From contig CAWFOM010000005.1 of assembly GCA_963817385.1 (NCBI GenBank), forward strand, positions 1 through 64,000: a stretch of 64,000 nucleotides of DNA, read 5' to 3'. Below, one piece after another: positions 29,376 to 39,580 of the stretch. The notes beneath the pieces are model-generated. The model was given only the letters and a program-made list of their open reading frames with translations. It ran no database searches and was not told where the DNA came from. Every line of letters begins with the position of its first letter. Position 1 is the stretch's first letter. The DNA is from an uncultured delta proteobacterium (GTDB taxonomy: Bacteria > Desulfobacterota > Syntrophia > Syntrophales > UBA5619). A program made the position numbers and the translations under genes.

Positions 29376-31554
29376 AGAAAGTCTCCTCCTCCCGGATCTG
29401 CGCATAGCGAAGCAGCGGTGCTTGTGTGACCTTCCCTGCCAAATGATGTTCGATGCTTTCCAGCGTAGGCCCCCGCCTTAGTTCCGCAGCCACGAGGGAG
29501 AGCTTCTCCGCTACCGGTAGGGTTTTATCCCAGGCGGCGCGGAGCCGCCAGATGGCGAGGCGAGCAAGGTGGCCGTAAATGATGCAGCGGATGTCGCCGC
29601 GGGTCGGTTCCAGGCCGCCGATTTTCAGGTTCTCGATATCGTCTTGGATCAGCGCGGCCACTTGTTCAGGCGTTTCCGCAAGCCATTTGCGCGGGATCAC
29701 GCCAGTGGAACGGCAGACTAACACCGTGTCCACGATCGATGAACCAGTGCCGCTGATGTGGATCGAGGCGCCCATCTCCGCCGGGCAGGGGATGGAAGCG
29801 GAGCACGTGAGGCCGGCATCCAAAATCGCCACCATCACGGGATAATACGCCTCCAGCCTGTTGTGATGGTAGGTGAAGGCCAGCGGTTTACCCGGTTTCA
29901 GAGCCTTTGCCATATTCTGGAAGATGGCGGACATCCCTTCGGTGAAATGATCAAGGCCCCGTTCCATCGTGATGTTGCCGGTCAACTCGTCGGCATTGCG
30001 GGTGGACCGGTGTTGAAATGCCGGGTTTCCCGGATCGATCATTTTTCGAACCCAGACATAGCAAAAATCCATCAGCTCGGCATACTGGACGTTGCCGAAA
30101 TAGGGGGGATCGGTAAAGACGCCGTCCAGGCTCCCCGCCGGCAGGTTGGCTATAGTCGCACTCTGGCACAAAAGCCGAACGCCTCTGGGTTCCGCCGCCG
30201 AATCGCCGTTCTTACGGTCGCCGATCCATTCATCCGCGATGGGCACCTGGATTTTCCTGCTTCCTTCATGGCGGGTTTCGAAGGGGGCGTCGCAGTAGGT
30301 CTTGGCCTTGACGTATTTCTCCAGGATGTTCGACCAGCCGCCGCTCCCCACGCTCTGGCCGCCACCGTTGGCGATCCCGAGGAAATTGGATTCACATTGG
30401 ATCAGCCCTACGGGAAAGCCGTGGACGGAGAAAATGTCGAGGGATTTTAGAGCCATCGTATCGTACCGGCAGAGCATGTTCTGATAGCGCAAAAGATCCG
30501 AGAGGTTGGTGATCAGGGCGTTTCTGATCCGCTCGTCCCGCTCTTCGGCGATGGTCCGGCAGCTCATCTCCAGGCCCAGCAACTGCCGGTCGTTGAACAT
30601 TTCCCGGTATTTCCGGTACCCCCAGCGGATGAGGCGGTCGCTTTCGTCACCCGGAAGGATCTCGTCGTCGGGGACGTGGGGTGTTCCGATTTCAGCTAGG
30701 AGCGTCGCAGCCTTGGCGTAATTGAGCAGGTCGTTCTCGTCCGGACGCTTGAAGAAGCGCCCTTGGTGGGTCGGCTTGCAACGGCGGCAATGGTACTCGA
30801 TGGCGAACATGCGGTGGCGGGGCGGTCCTGAGGCGGCGTCGGGATAGGTGTTGATCTTCCCGCATCGGGGGCAAGCGCATCGATTTCGCTTGGCCGGTCC
30901 TGCGAGGACAAGCAGGTTGCCGCAGGTCTTGCATGCGCCGGGCTGCCTTCTGTCTTTCACGCCGTTCAGGTCGCCGCAGGCCGCACAGATAAGCACGTTT
31001 TCCGTGTGCCGCCGGTCCTCGGCCAGGAGATAGCCGGCAAAGAGGTCGATTTCGTGGCCGCAATCGCGGCAGGGCGTCTGTTTCACCCAGAGGAAATACT
31101 TGACGTGCGCCTCCGGGGAACCGCATTCCAGGCATTGGGTGCGGTAGAGGGGGCCGATCCGCTCCTCCAGGCCGCGGACAAGCCTTTCCGCCGATTTACG
31201 GTAGGCCCTCAGATCAAGATGCTCGATCTCGCGGTTTACGATCCAGAAAGCCATCGGATTGATATCATAGCCCGTCACGTCGCACCCGACGCGATTAGCC
31301 TCGATGAGCGGCGTACCACCACCCATGAAGGGATCGGCAATGGCGATCCCTTTCAGGTCATTAGAGGCGTAGAAAATTTCCCGGAGGGGTTTGTCGCTGA
31401 ATTCAGAGAGGAGAAGCCCTCGAAAGAGCGTGCCCGGCCTGCGGGCAAACCATTTGTGAACGGCGATGATGGGCCGGTAGTTCTGCTGGATCTGCTTTTC
31501 CCGCAGAGCGAGGGTGGAAATGAACGGGATATCGAAGCTTTTTTCTATGGACAT
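29344..31554 (-). CDS. Zn-ribbon amino-methyltransferase, probably adenine-specific (DUF1156/COG1743-like)
   Basis: HKWFARR, motif I DPFMGGGT, motif IV TDPPY, several CxxC pairs. Confidence 0.88.
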   Translation of the reverse strand: MSIEKSFDIPFISTLALREKQIQQNYRPIIAVHKWFARRPGTLFRGLLLSEFSDKPLREIFYASNDLKGIAIADPFMGGGTPLIEANRVGCDVTGYDINPMAFWIVNREIEHLDLRAYRKSAERLVRGLEERIGPLYRTQCLECGSPEAHVKYFLWVKQTPCRDCGHEIDLFAGYLLAEDRRHTENVLICAACGDLNGVKDRRQPGACKTCGNLLVLAGPAKRNRCACPRCGKINTYPDAASGPPRHRMFAIEYHCRRCKPTHQGRFFKRPDENDLLNYAKAATLLAEIGTPHVPDDEILPGDESDRLIRWGYRKYREMFNDRQLLGLEMSCRTIAEERDERIRNALITNLSDLLRYQNMLCRYDTMALKSLDIFSVHGFPVGLIQCESNFLGIANGGGQSVGSGGWSNILEKYVKAKTYCDAPFETRHEGSRKIQVPIADEWIGDRKNGDSAAEPRGVRLLCQSATIANLPAGSLDGVFTDPPYFGNVQYAELMDFCYVWVRKMIDPGNPAFQHRSTRNADELTGNITMERGLDHFTEGMSAIFQNMAKALKPGKPLAFTYHHNRLEAYYPVMVAILDAGLTCSASIPCPAEMGASIHISGTGSSIVDTVLVCRSTGVIPRKWLAETPEQVAALIQDDIENLKIGGLEPTRGDIRCIIYGHLARLAIWRLRAAWDKTLPVAEKLSLVAAELRRGPTLESIEHHLAGKVTQAPLLRYAQIREEETFYGEPDDEVSF

Positions 31555-31560
31555 GGCGCA

Positions 31561-31589
31561 TGTATAGCCTGTTACGGCTGTTAATGCAA
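31561..31589 (-). promoter_or_regulatory. Sigma70-like promoter immediately upstream of the MTase (probably leaderless)
   Basis: TTGCAT-N17-TATACA, then 6 nt, then ATG; no SD; GCCTGTTACGG direct repeats at 31567 and 31602. Confidence 0.5.
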
Positions 31590-31606
31590 CCGATTGCCTG
31601 CGCCTG

Positions 31607-31741
31607 TTACGGGCGGGAAGCAGACGGGCTTTGCTCCTCCTCCTGCATCACCGACTGGTATTCGGCAGTGGGGATGTTCTTGCGCCGGGCCTCCTCGTGG
31701 GTGAGGGTTTCGACATTCAGTGGTGTCTGCTTCTTGGCCAT
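31607..31741 (-). pseudogene. 5' stump (44 aa) of a type III R-M Mod-like methyltransferase
   Basis: MAKKQTPLNVETLTHEEARRKNIPTAEYQSVM resembles, from recall, the N-terminus of Mod proteins paired with this Res family; RBS present, early stop. Confidence 0.6.
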
Positions 31742-31752
31742 GTGTTTTATCC

Positions 31753-33193
31753 CTACCTTTTTTCGATCACTTCCCAATGCCCGCCCTTGGCCGGCCCAAC
31801 GCGACGGAGGCGGCCCAGTTTCTTGAGCTTATCGATCTGTTTCAATACGGCACGCTTGGAAATGCCGATGGCTTTCCCCAATTCGTCCGTCGTGATGGAG
31901 CCATCCCGACGGAGAAATCCAATGATCTGCTCTTCTGTTTTCGGTGAACTTTTCGGTGAACTTTTCGGTGAACTTTCTCCCGACGTTTCCGGTAAACCCA
32001 TCCGTTCACCTGAATCCGGCAATTCTTTTCGGTGAACCGTTGCGGTGAACAAGCAGCCCTCCCTATCGTCGGTAAAGTCGATATCCGGCCATTTCTCCAG
32101 CGCCCGCTTGATCCCTGAGCCGAGCCCGTGATAGGGCAATAGCCCCTTGGCCACAAACGAAACCAGAATCGGGTTGCGGATATTGGACATCCCCGTACGG
32201 ATTTTCTCCACCGTGAGGTTATCGGGCAGATGGCCGGGGCTGATGATCTCGATGCGGTTGTCGAAGATGAAAAGGCGAATCGTGGCGCTGACCAGATAGT
32301 CGCGGTGGATCAGGGCGTTGACCAGAAGCTCTTCGAAAACCGCCTCCGGGATCTCCGGCAGTCCCGGCGCGTTGACGCCGCGCCCGGCCTGCACCTTATG
32401 CAGGTTGCGCATGACAAACGCCAATGAATCGTCGAATACCTTGCGCAGGGGACCGGAAAAATCCTCGGTATCGACATAGTCGCTGATGTGGATTTCGTTT
32501 CCCGGATAGCGGATCGCCTTCACGACAAACTGGGGTTTGATCCACTCCGGGCGCTCGGCAAACAGGAGGACGCCCGCCAGATTCAGCATCCCCTCAGCGG
32601 TGGCCAGGTTCATATTCTGTAAAAGCCGCAGGAGTTCGGCGGGGGAGTCGGGATATTCCTGCTTGTAGCACATCACGCAGGAAATCACGAAAGCGCAGCT
32701 TGTCGAGCTTGTCGATTCCGGCCTTGGTGGGCAGTTCATCGGCATGGAACTGATCGGAAATCTGGAAGAGCCGGCGCAGCTCTTCCTTGGAATTGATCCT
32801 CCGCTTGTCCGCCCCGCACTTGAACCAGATGACGCCGTTTTTGTCGAAGTAGGGCTTGTCGATTCCCTTGGGCACGGTCATGACGATGACGATGCGCCGG
32901 TTTGGAAGCCGGACGTTTTCCGTCTGAACGGCCAGCGGGCTGCGCACATGCTGGCTGGCCGCGTTGCTGATGAGTTGGTTGATCCGGGCGACATCCTCTC
33001 GCGTCAGGCCGGGCGTGGAACCGTCATTCGCCACGCCGATGACGATCGTCCCGCCTTCGGAATTGGCTAAAGCGGCCATCTCCGAGGCCAGGGCGTCGCC
33101 GTTCTTCACGTTGGCCTTGAACTGGCGGGTGTCCCTTTTCGAAGGGATTGATTGGCTCGCCGGAGAAATCACCTCGTGGGTGAAGGCCATCAA
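31753..33193 (-). pseudogene. AlbA_2 (Schlafen-like) + HATPase_c_4 + wHTH protein; +1 frameshift near 32669, N-terminus degenerate
   Basis: RQFK..ALANSEGGTIVIGV; ELLVNALIHRDY..RIEIISPG..RNP..GSG; C-terminal wHTH GPAKGGHW. Confidence 0.75.
31938..31973. repeat. 3 x 12-bp tandem repeat TTTTCGGTGAAC encoding an SSPK linker
   Basis: Three exact copies, plus a fourth at 32026-32037. Confidence 0.9.
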
Positions 33194-33396
33194 TAGTGAC
33201 AGACCTGAAGTGTGAGGCGCTCCGCCGAACTATATACCTTCAAAAGGCCGAGGAAATTCTTGAGGGTCGGGTTCCCTTTCGGACCGAGCATGCAGCGCAG
33301 GCTCTTCTCGTTTATCTGCAATTCCCAGGCAATATCGGCGATGGATTCGGTGGCGTTCAGATAGTTGCGCAGCAGCGCCTTGCCCGTTTCCATATC
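33190..33396 (-). pseudogene. N-terminally truncated addiction-module antitoxin/HTH protein
   Basis: DMETGKALLRNYLNAT..KSLRCMLGPKGNPT; joined directly to the res stump. Confidence 0.6.
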
Positions 33397-33824
33397 GAAG
33401 ATCATTGATCACCGGCGTAGGGTCGTACTGCTGGGCCGCGCTGGAGAGCCCCTTCCCCTCGTCGAAGATGATCTGCTGCTGAACCGCAGTTCCTTTGCGT
33501 TTCCGGGGTTTGGGAATCGGCGTGATGAACTCCGCCCGGCGGCGGTTCTCGATGATCCGTTGCGTCGGCTGACCGGAAGGATCGATCTCCCAGTGTCGCG
33601 CCGGGTATCGGTAAGGAGAGTTGAGGATGGGCCTTTCGAAGAATCGATTTTCCATGCTACGATTTTCTCCGGATGTGACCATGGCAAGTTCAGGTGCAAA
33701 AGGCCTGGCGGCGGTTTTCGATGATCTGTTGCGTCGGTTGACCGGAAGCATCGAGCTCCCAGTGCCGCTCCGGGTATCGGTAAGGTGAGTTGAGGATGGG
33801 CCTTTCGAAGAATCGATTTTCCAT
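33395..33824 (-). pseudogene. Two 5' stumps of a type III restriction (Res-like) gene
   Basis: MENRFFERPILNSPYRYP(A/E)RHWE(I/L)D.SGQPTQ starts at both 33655 (~87 codons) and 33824 (~39 codons). Confidence 0.7.
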
Positions 33825-33874
33825 GCTACGCTTTTCTCCGGATGTGACTATGGCAACCTCAGGTGCAAAAGGCC
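33538..33874. repeat. Diverged 169-bp tandem direct duplication
   Basis: 33538-33705 versus 33707-33874, about 12 mismatches counted by eye. Confidence 0.9.
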
Positions 33875-34035
33875 AAATCGATGGCACTTCATACATCAAT
33901 CCCGAACAAACAGCAAGATATCATGCCAATTTTATGAGTAATGATCTGCAGGGGAAGGAGGTAATTCTACGGCGATCAAGCAGCAGGCTCAACCTTGAAA
34001 ATTGAAAAGTTCTATAGCAAGCACTGCATATCCGC

Positions 34036-34116
34036 TTAAACAAGGCTGAAGGTCATTGAGATTAAAAAACCGATGAGGATGGCGAAAAAAACGAGGAACA
34101 GCTTTTTGTTTGACAT
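34036..34116 (-). CDS. Small hydrophobic peptide (26 aa)
   Basis: AGGAGGT RBS; MSNKKLFLVFFAILIGFLISMTFSLV*; TTGACA box upstream. Confidence 0.55.
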   Translation of the reverse strand: MSNKKLFLVFFAILIGFLISMTFSLV

Positions 34117-34271
34117 TCGCTATTTACCTCCTGATGTGGGTTACGGAAGCGGGAAAGCCAATATGATAATGGTAGGAAGTTACTATCACCTCTCGTGAGG
34201 AGATGTCAATCGATACTTTGTCATCGCTCATCGCGGGTGTCACGGACCCATACAGGCCATTTGCGCTGCAC

Positions 34272-34658
34272 TTACCCTTTGAGGGCCAGTAACAGCTCCT
34301 TCGGCATTCTCCTTGCCTTATTGCCCGGCCCGAGGCAGGCCAACGTCACCTTGGCGTCCACCAGGATCGTTCCATCAGAAACACGGACCGCCCGCTGACC
34401 TAATGTGCAGGTGGCACCGGTGATCTCCAGGACCGTCGTCTCGATCCGAATGAGATCATCCAGGACGGCGGGGACGAGATAGTCGATCTCCAGCCGCATC
34501 ACCGGGATGAGATAGCCCTGTTCATGAAGTTTCCGGATGGAAAGCCCGCGCTCTCGCAGGAATTCAGTCCGTCCCCGTTCGAGATACCGCAGGTAATTGG
34601 CGTAATAGACCACTCCCCCGGCATCCGTATCCTCATAGTAAATGCGTAGTTCCGTCAT
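34272..34658 (-). CDS. YbgC/FadM-family acyl-CoA thioesterase
   Basis: RIYYEDTDAGGVVYYANYLRYLERGRTE. Confidence 0.9.
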   Translation of the reverse strand: MTELRIYYEDTDAGGVVYYANYLRYLERGRTEFLRERGLSIRKLHEQGYLIPVMRLEIDYLVPAVLDDLIRIETTVLEITGATCTLGQRAVRVSDGTILVDAKVTLACLGPGNKARRMPKELLLALKG

Positions 34659-34796
34659 AGAGCCTTTTTTCGAATCCGGCAGCGAACGCAGACTTTCCAG
34701 GATGCGGGTCTTCTTTACCTTTTATGCCAAGACGCCGTCAAGCACCATGACGATCCGGTCATTCGGGTGTCTCGCAGCCCCCTCATAAAAAATATC

Positions 34797-34822
34797 GCCT
34801 GCCGGAGCGATTTCCGGCAGGC
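34797..34822 (-). terminator. Terminator downstream of the usp gene
   Basis: Stem GCCTGCCGGA/TCCGGCAGGC with a T-run on the minus strand. Confidence 0.65.
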
Positions 34823-34888
34823 AGGCTAATTCTTCACGCATTCACAAGGACGGCTGAGGCAGGGGGTACTCTACGCAGTATAGGTCAT

Positions 34889-35359
34889 TTATGCACGGCA
34901 AGCGTCCGGTCTGATTAAAAGCACCGGCACATTCGACTCATGCAGAACCTTTAATGCGATGCTGCCTAACATCATCTTTTTCATGCCGGTGTACCCATGA
35001 GTTGTTATCACAATCAGATCTACACCGTTCTTCTGGGCGTAATCGGTGATGGTATGGGAAGGCCTGTTGGACTCGACGGTTTCCGTCTTGACGTTAATGC
35101 CCTCGGGAGCGAGCCGGGATTTGACTTTTGCGAGATATTTCTTTGATTTATCCATGAACGTTTTCTTAAAGGCATTATAATCAAATATTACCGGATGTCC
35201 CCCGTCTTCACCCGCTTCTCTCCAGGGAATATCAACGACGACGGCATTTAACAGGACAACTTCCCCGACGGGACCGTCTTGAAGCAGTTTTTTAACATGA
35301 TTCAACGAGCATTCCGCTAATTCTGAACCGTCAAGGGGTACCAATATTTTCTTATACAT
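34889..35359 (-). CDS. Universal stress protein (UspA family)
   Basis: MYKKILVPLDGS..DLIVITTHG..MLGSIA..VPVLLIR. Confidence 0.92.
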   Translation of the reverse strand: MYKKILVPLDGSELAECSLNHVKKLLQDGPVGEVVLLNAVVVDIPWREAGEDGGHPVIFDYNAFKKTFMDKSKKYLAKVKSRLAPEGINVKTETVESNRPSHTITDYAQKNGVDLIVITTHGYTGMKKMMLGSIALKVLHESNVPVLLIRPDACRA

Positions 35360-35763
35360 TCTTGCCTCCATTTCGTATCCGGTTTTGTTATGTCCGTATC
35401 TTCGACGCCCCTATCCGCACTTGCTTCAAGCGGAAAGCCATGCTCCGACAGATTCCGCTGCCGGAGCAATAATGACATTTCCCTTGTTTCGTATATACAT
35501 ATCGGGGATCCTGGGTATAAATCAATGAGGATAAAATAGATGCCTAATGGTAGGCAAAAACTACTCGCTCATAGTTGTCATATAAGACGTCCGGTGCTTA
35601 TCTCGCGACCATCATGTGATCGCTCAATGAAGAGATGAAAATGGGGGAACTCCCGCTAAACATGTGATACAGATATCCGGAGCGGGCTATTACTCCCGAC
35701 GATAATGGAAAAAGCTATAGTTCCAGCCGGCGCCGCTTAGCACACGACAGAAGGAGGAATCAG

Positions 35764-38274
35764 ATGAACAACCAGGCCAGGACAAATGCCGAGCTGACCG
35801 AAGAGATATCCGTCTTAACGCAGAGGATCCGAGAACTGGAAGATTCGGAAGCAGAACGCAAACGAGCGGTGGAGGCGCTGCGGGAAAGCCAAGAGATCTT
35901 CAGTCAGTTCATGGAGAATAGCCCAATCTATGTTTTTTTTAAGGATGACCATATCAGAGCAATTCGGTTAAGCCGTAATTATGAGAAAATGCTGGGGCGA
36001 CCGATGCACGAGTTGCTCGGCAAAACCATGGACGATCTCTTTCCCTCCGACCTGGCAAAAAGAATGATTGCCGACGACCTGAACATCTTACGGGAAGAGA
36101 AGCAAATAACTATCGAAGAAGAATTAAACGGGCGGATCTATACGACAATAAAATTCCCAATCCAATACGAGGGGAAACCCCGCTATCTGGCCGGTTACAC
36201 CATCGACATCACCGAACGCAGGAAGGCTGAGGAGGAGGCCCGCGAGCTATTGCTGATGCTTGAAGCAGTCCCCAGCGGTGTTATCGTCCATGATGCCGAT
36301 GGACAGTTCCTCTATGCCAACCAGCGAACCTTCGATCTGCACGGCTACAGCCGCGATGAGTTCATGGCCCTTACCCTCCATCGGATCACGGTGCCTGCAT
36401 CCCAAAGACTGATAGCCGCAAGGATGCAGGAACTGATTGCCCATGGTGAGATATCCTTCGAAGTGGAGCACCTGAGGAAAAACGGCACGATCCTGCCCCT
36501 GATGGTTCACGTCAAGAAAATCACCTGGGGCGGGAAAAGCGTCTTCCTCAGCGTTCAGACCGATATCACCGGCCGCAAGCAGGCGGAAATGGCGTTGCGT
36601 CGCCAGAACGTCTATCTGGAGGCGCTCAATGAAACCGCAGTGGGCCTGATGCAACGGATGGATCTGGCGGACCTGTTTCAGGCCATCGTCGTCAGGGCTA
36701 CGCGGTTCGCGGGGTCGGAGGAGGGGTGGATCTGTATTTATGAACCCGAGAGCGGTGATTTCGAGTTCAAAGCCGCCATGGGACGAAGTCCAATCCGGAG
36801 CGGTTTGCGTTTCAAATCCGGCCGGGGGCTTGCCGGGGAGGTCTGGCGCACCGGTCGGACTGTCCTGATGGACGACTACCAGACCTGGCCCCGAGCGAAT
36901 GTCAAGGATTATACGTTACGCCGCGCAACAGTGGCCGTCCCGCTCCGGTATGAGGGCCGGCTCGCCGGGATCATCGGCCTGTCGCACTATGATGCCGAGC
37001 GGCGCTTCGAGGATGACGACGTGGCCATGCTGGAGCGCCTGGCGGAACTGGCATCGATCGCCCTCCACAACGCCCGGCTCTACGATCAAGTGAAACAGGA
37101 ACTCGCCATGCGCACGAGCCTGGAGGCCGAGCGGGACCTCATGCAGACCAGGCTCCTGCAAAGCCAGAAGATGGAGGCTATGGGGACCCTTGCCGGCGGC
37201 ATTGCCCACGACTTCAACAATCTCCTCATGGGGATTCAGGGCTATGCTTCCTTGACGCTGCTGGATCTGGATGCCTCCGATCCCAATCATGAGCGGCTCC
37301 TGCGCATCCAGGAACAGGTGCAAAGCGGGGCGGATTTGACGAAACAGCTGTTGGGATTTGCCCGGGGGGGGAGATATGAGGTGAAGCCCGCGGATATGAA
37401 TGACATCATAGAAAAGTCTTCCTCCCTGTTCGGGAGAACCAAGAAGGAAATCTCCATCCATCGGAAATACGGGAAAGATCTCTGGACCGTGGAGGCCGAC
37501 CGGGGACAGCTGGATCAGGTATTCATGAACCTGTATGTGAATGCCTGGCAGGCCATGCCGGGGGGAGGGGCGATTTATCTGGAAACGGAGAATATTATTC
37601 TGAGCGAAGCACAGGTGATTCCCTCCGCCGCCGAGCCGGGGAAATATGTGAAGATAACGATCACCGATACCGGTACCGGGATGGACGCGAAAACGCGGGA
37701 GCGGATCTTTGATCCTTTTTTCACGACGAAGGCAATGGGAAGAGGGACGGGATTAGGACTGGCGACGGTCTATGGGATCATCAGGGGCCACAAAGGCATG
37801 ATCAATGTGTACAGCGAGCCCGGTCACGGGACGACATTCACTATCTATCTTCCGGCTTCGGAGAAGGCCGTGTTCCATGAGCGGGCGGATTCCGGAACAA
37901 TCGTTCGAGGGACAGAGACAATACTCGTAGCAGACGATGAAAAGGTGGTCCTGGAAGTGAGTGCGGAAATGCTGACGTCTCTGGGGTACCGAGTCTATGC
38001 GGCAGGGAGCGGTCAGGAGGCCCTCGCCGTTTTCATGGAAAAAAGAAATGAAATTGATTTGGTCATCCTGGACATGATCATGCCGGGGATTTCGGGAGGA
38101 GAGACGTTCGATCGTCTCCGGGAGATCAATCCCGAGATCAAGGTCCTTCTTTCCAGCGGGTACAGCATCAACGGAGAAGCCAAGACGATCATGGACCGCG
38201 GCTGCAACGGGTTCCTCCAGAAGCCGTTTCGCCTAAATAAACTCTCCGGCAAGATCAGGGAGATGTTGGACTAA
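35764..38274 (+). CDS. PAS-PAS-GAF hybrid histidine kinase with receiver domain
   Basis: [14 protein letters not shown]-box, NAWQAM, DTGTGM, FFTTK, GTGLGL; receiver DDE..LDMIMP..KPF. Confidence 0.93.
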   Translation: MNNQARTNAELTEEISVLTQRIRELEDSEAERKRAVEALRESQEIFSQFMENSPIYVFFKDDHIRAIRLSRNYEKMLGRPMHELLGKTMDDLFPSDLAKRMIADDLNILREEKQITIEEELNGRIYTTIKFPIQYEGKPRYLAGYTIDITERRKAEEEARELLLMLEAVPSGVIVHDADGQFLYANQRTFDLHGYSRDEFMALTLHRITVPASQRLIAARMQELIAHGEISFEVEHLRKNGTILPLMVHVKKITWGGKSVFLSVQTDITGRKQAEMALRRQNVYLEALNETAVGLMQRMDLADLFQAIVVRATRFAGSEEGWICIYEPESGDFEFKAAMGRSPIRSGLRFKSGRGLAGEVWRTGRTVLMDDYQTWPRANVKDYTLRRATVAVPLRYEGRLAGIIGLSHYDAERRFEDDDVAMLERLAELASIALHNARLYDQVKQELAMRTSLEAERDLMQTRLLQSQKMEAMGTLAGGIAHDFNNLLMGIQGYASLTLLDLDASDPNHERLLRIQEQVQSGADLTKQLLGFARGGRYEVKPADMNDIIEKSSSLFGRTKKEISIHRKYGKDLWTVEADRGQLDQVFMNLYVNAWQAMPGGGAIYLETENIILSEAQVIPSAAEPGKYVKITITDTGTGMDAKTRERIFDPFFTTKAMGRGTGLGLATVYGIIRGHKGMINVYSEPGHGTTFTIYLPASEKAVFHERADSGTIVRGTETILVADDEKVVLEVSAEMLTSLGYRVYAAGSGQEALAVFMEKRNEIDLVILDMIMPGISGGETFDRLREINPEIKVLLSSGYSINGEAKTIMDRGCNGFLQKPFRLNKLSGKIREMLD

Positions 38275-38356
38275 AACAGGATCTTTCCGGGCGTCGTTCA
38301 TTGTTTCCGGGTTGCGGAACCGCCGGACTTCAGAAGCGGGGATCTTGGTGAAAAGG

Positions 38357-39580
38357 CTACAACAGGGCGTCGCGGAGGAACTGGATGGGGTGGAGGACCG
38401 TGCGCTTTGTCAACTGACGGATCTGCATCCGGCAGCCTTCGCAGTCGGTGAGGATCACCTCGGGAGCGATCCGGGCGACCTCCTTTGCCAGGTCCCTCCC
38501 GATATCCTCGGTGATCGGGTACTTCTCCTTCTTGAAGCCGTAGAGCCCCCCCAGGCCGCAGCAGTCCGCTTCGATCAGGCGGATGTCGAGCTCCGGGACC
38601 AGCCGGAGGAGCTCCAGGGCGGGAAGGCCGATGTTGAGCGACTTCAGGTGGCACGGGGCGAAGTAGGCGGCCTTCACGGGGCTCGGCCGGAACGTCACGT
38701 CCGTTTTTCCTTCTTCGCGCAGGTGCAGCAGGTACTCGCAGATGTCGAAGAGATGTCTCGCGAGTTCCTCTGCGCCCGGGAGGTTCAGGAGCGGGCCATA
38801 CTCGTGGCGGAGCATCAGACCGCAGCTCGTCGAGGAAAAGACGATGTCGGTTCCCTCCCGCACGGTCGGCAGGAGCGAGGCGAGATTCCGGCCTCCCATC
38901 TCCTTCGCCCCCGGCAGATCACCGATGCCGAGGCGGGGAATGCCGCAGCAGCGCTGGGGAGGGACAGCGACGGAAAGACCATGGGCCTCCAGGAGCGCCA
39001 CGGCGGCCTTTCCCACGTCGACTTCGTTCGTGTTCGTAAAGCAGCCGTGGAAGTAGGCGATCCGCGGCCGGCCGCCGGCGCCGGTCGCCGCGGGACGCGT
39101 GCGGAACCACTCCCGGAAGGTCGGGTATTCATAGTCGGGCAGCGCCCGCCGCCGGTCGATTTCGAGAATCCGATCGAGGAGCCATCGGACGGTTCGGTTC
39201 TTCATCAACGGGTTGACGATCCGGGAGAAACGGGCGGCCAGCTCGCCGAAGAGGTCGCTCCGGACGAGGAGCCAGTCCCGGAAGGTTCTTCCCCGCTCGT
39301 CGAGGTACTTAGCCTTCGCACGCAGGTTCAGCTCGGAGATGGGAACGCCGGCGGGGCAGACCGTGTCGCAGAGGCGGCAGGAGGTGCACAGTTCGATCCA
39401 GTCGTCCACGGAGGCTTCAGCGGCCGAGCGGAACCGCTGCGCCCCGGGACCGGCCTGCTTCGGCCCCGGGAAGCGGGGCGTCACCCGGGCCACCGGGCAG
39501 ACGGCCATGCAGGTGGCGCATCGGACACAGACATCCGGGAGCGCATGGGGGGGAGTGCGGGTTTCTTCTTCATGTTTCAT
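38357..39580 (-). CDS. glpC: Anaerobic glycerol-3-phosphate dehydrogenase subunit C
   Basis: CVRCATCMAVCP, FPGPKQAGP, two CCG domains. Confidence 0.9.
   Translation of the reverse strand: MKHEEETRTPPHALPDVCVRCATCMAVCPVARVTPRFPGPKQAGPGAQRFRSAAEASVDDWIELCTSCRLCDTVCPAGVPISELNLRAKAKYLDERGRTFRDWLLVRSDLFGELAARFSRIVNPLMKNRTVRWLLDRILEIDRRRALPDYEYPTFREWFRTRPAATGAGGRPRIAYFHGCFTNTNEVDVGKAAVALLEAHGLSVAVPPQRCCGIPRLGIGDLPGAKEMGGRNLASLLPTVREGTDIVFSSTSCGLMLRHEYGPLLNLPGAEELARHLFDICEYLLHLREEGKTDVTFRPSPVKAAYFAPCHLKSLNIGLPALELLRLVPELDIRLIEADCCGLGGLYGFKKEKYPITEDIGRDLAKEVARIAPEVILTDCEGCRMQIRQLTKRTVLHPIQFLRDALL

Noticed and set aside
31561..31612. TAAC/GTT motifs as an integron attC or attI site
   Set aside because: No long imperfect palindrome and no integron integrase in the window.
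31938..32037. 12-bp repeats as a CRISPR or iteron array
   Set aside because: No spacers, in frame inside a CDS linker, and no cas or rep genes.
33912..33929. Sigma54-like TGGCAT..TTGC on the minus strand above the res stumps
   Set aside because: Spacer is 6 nt, not the strictly required 5.
27300..34250. Prophage, IS or ICE
   Set aside because: No integrase, transposase, structural genes, tRNA target or terminal repeats seen.
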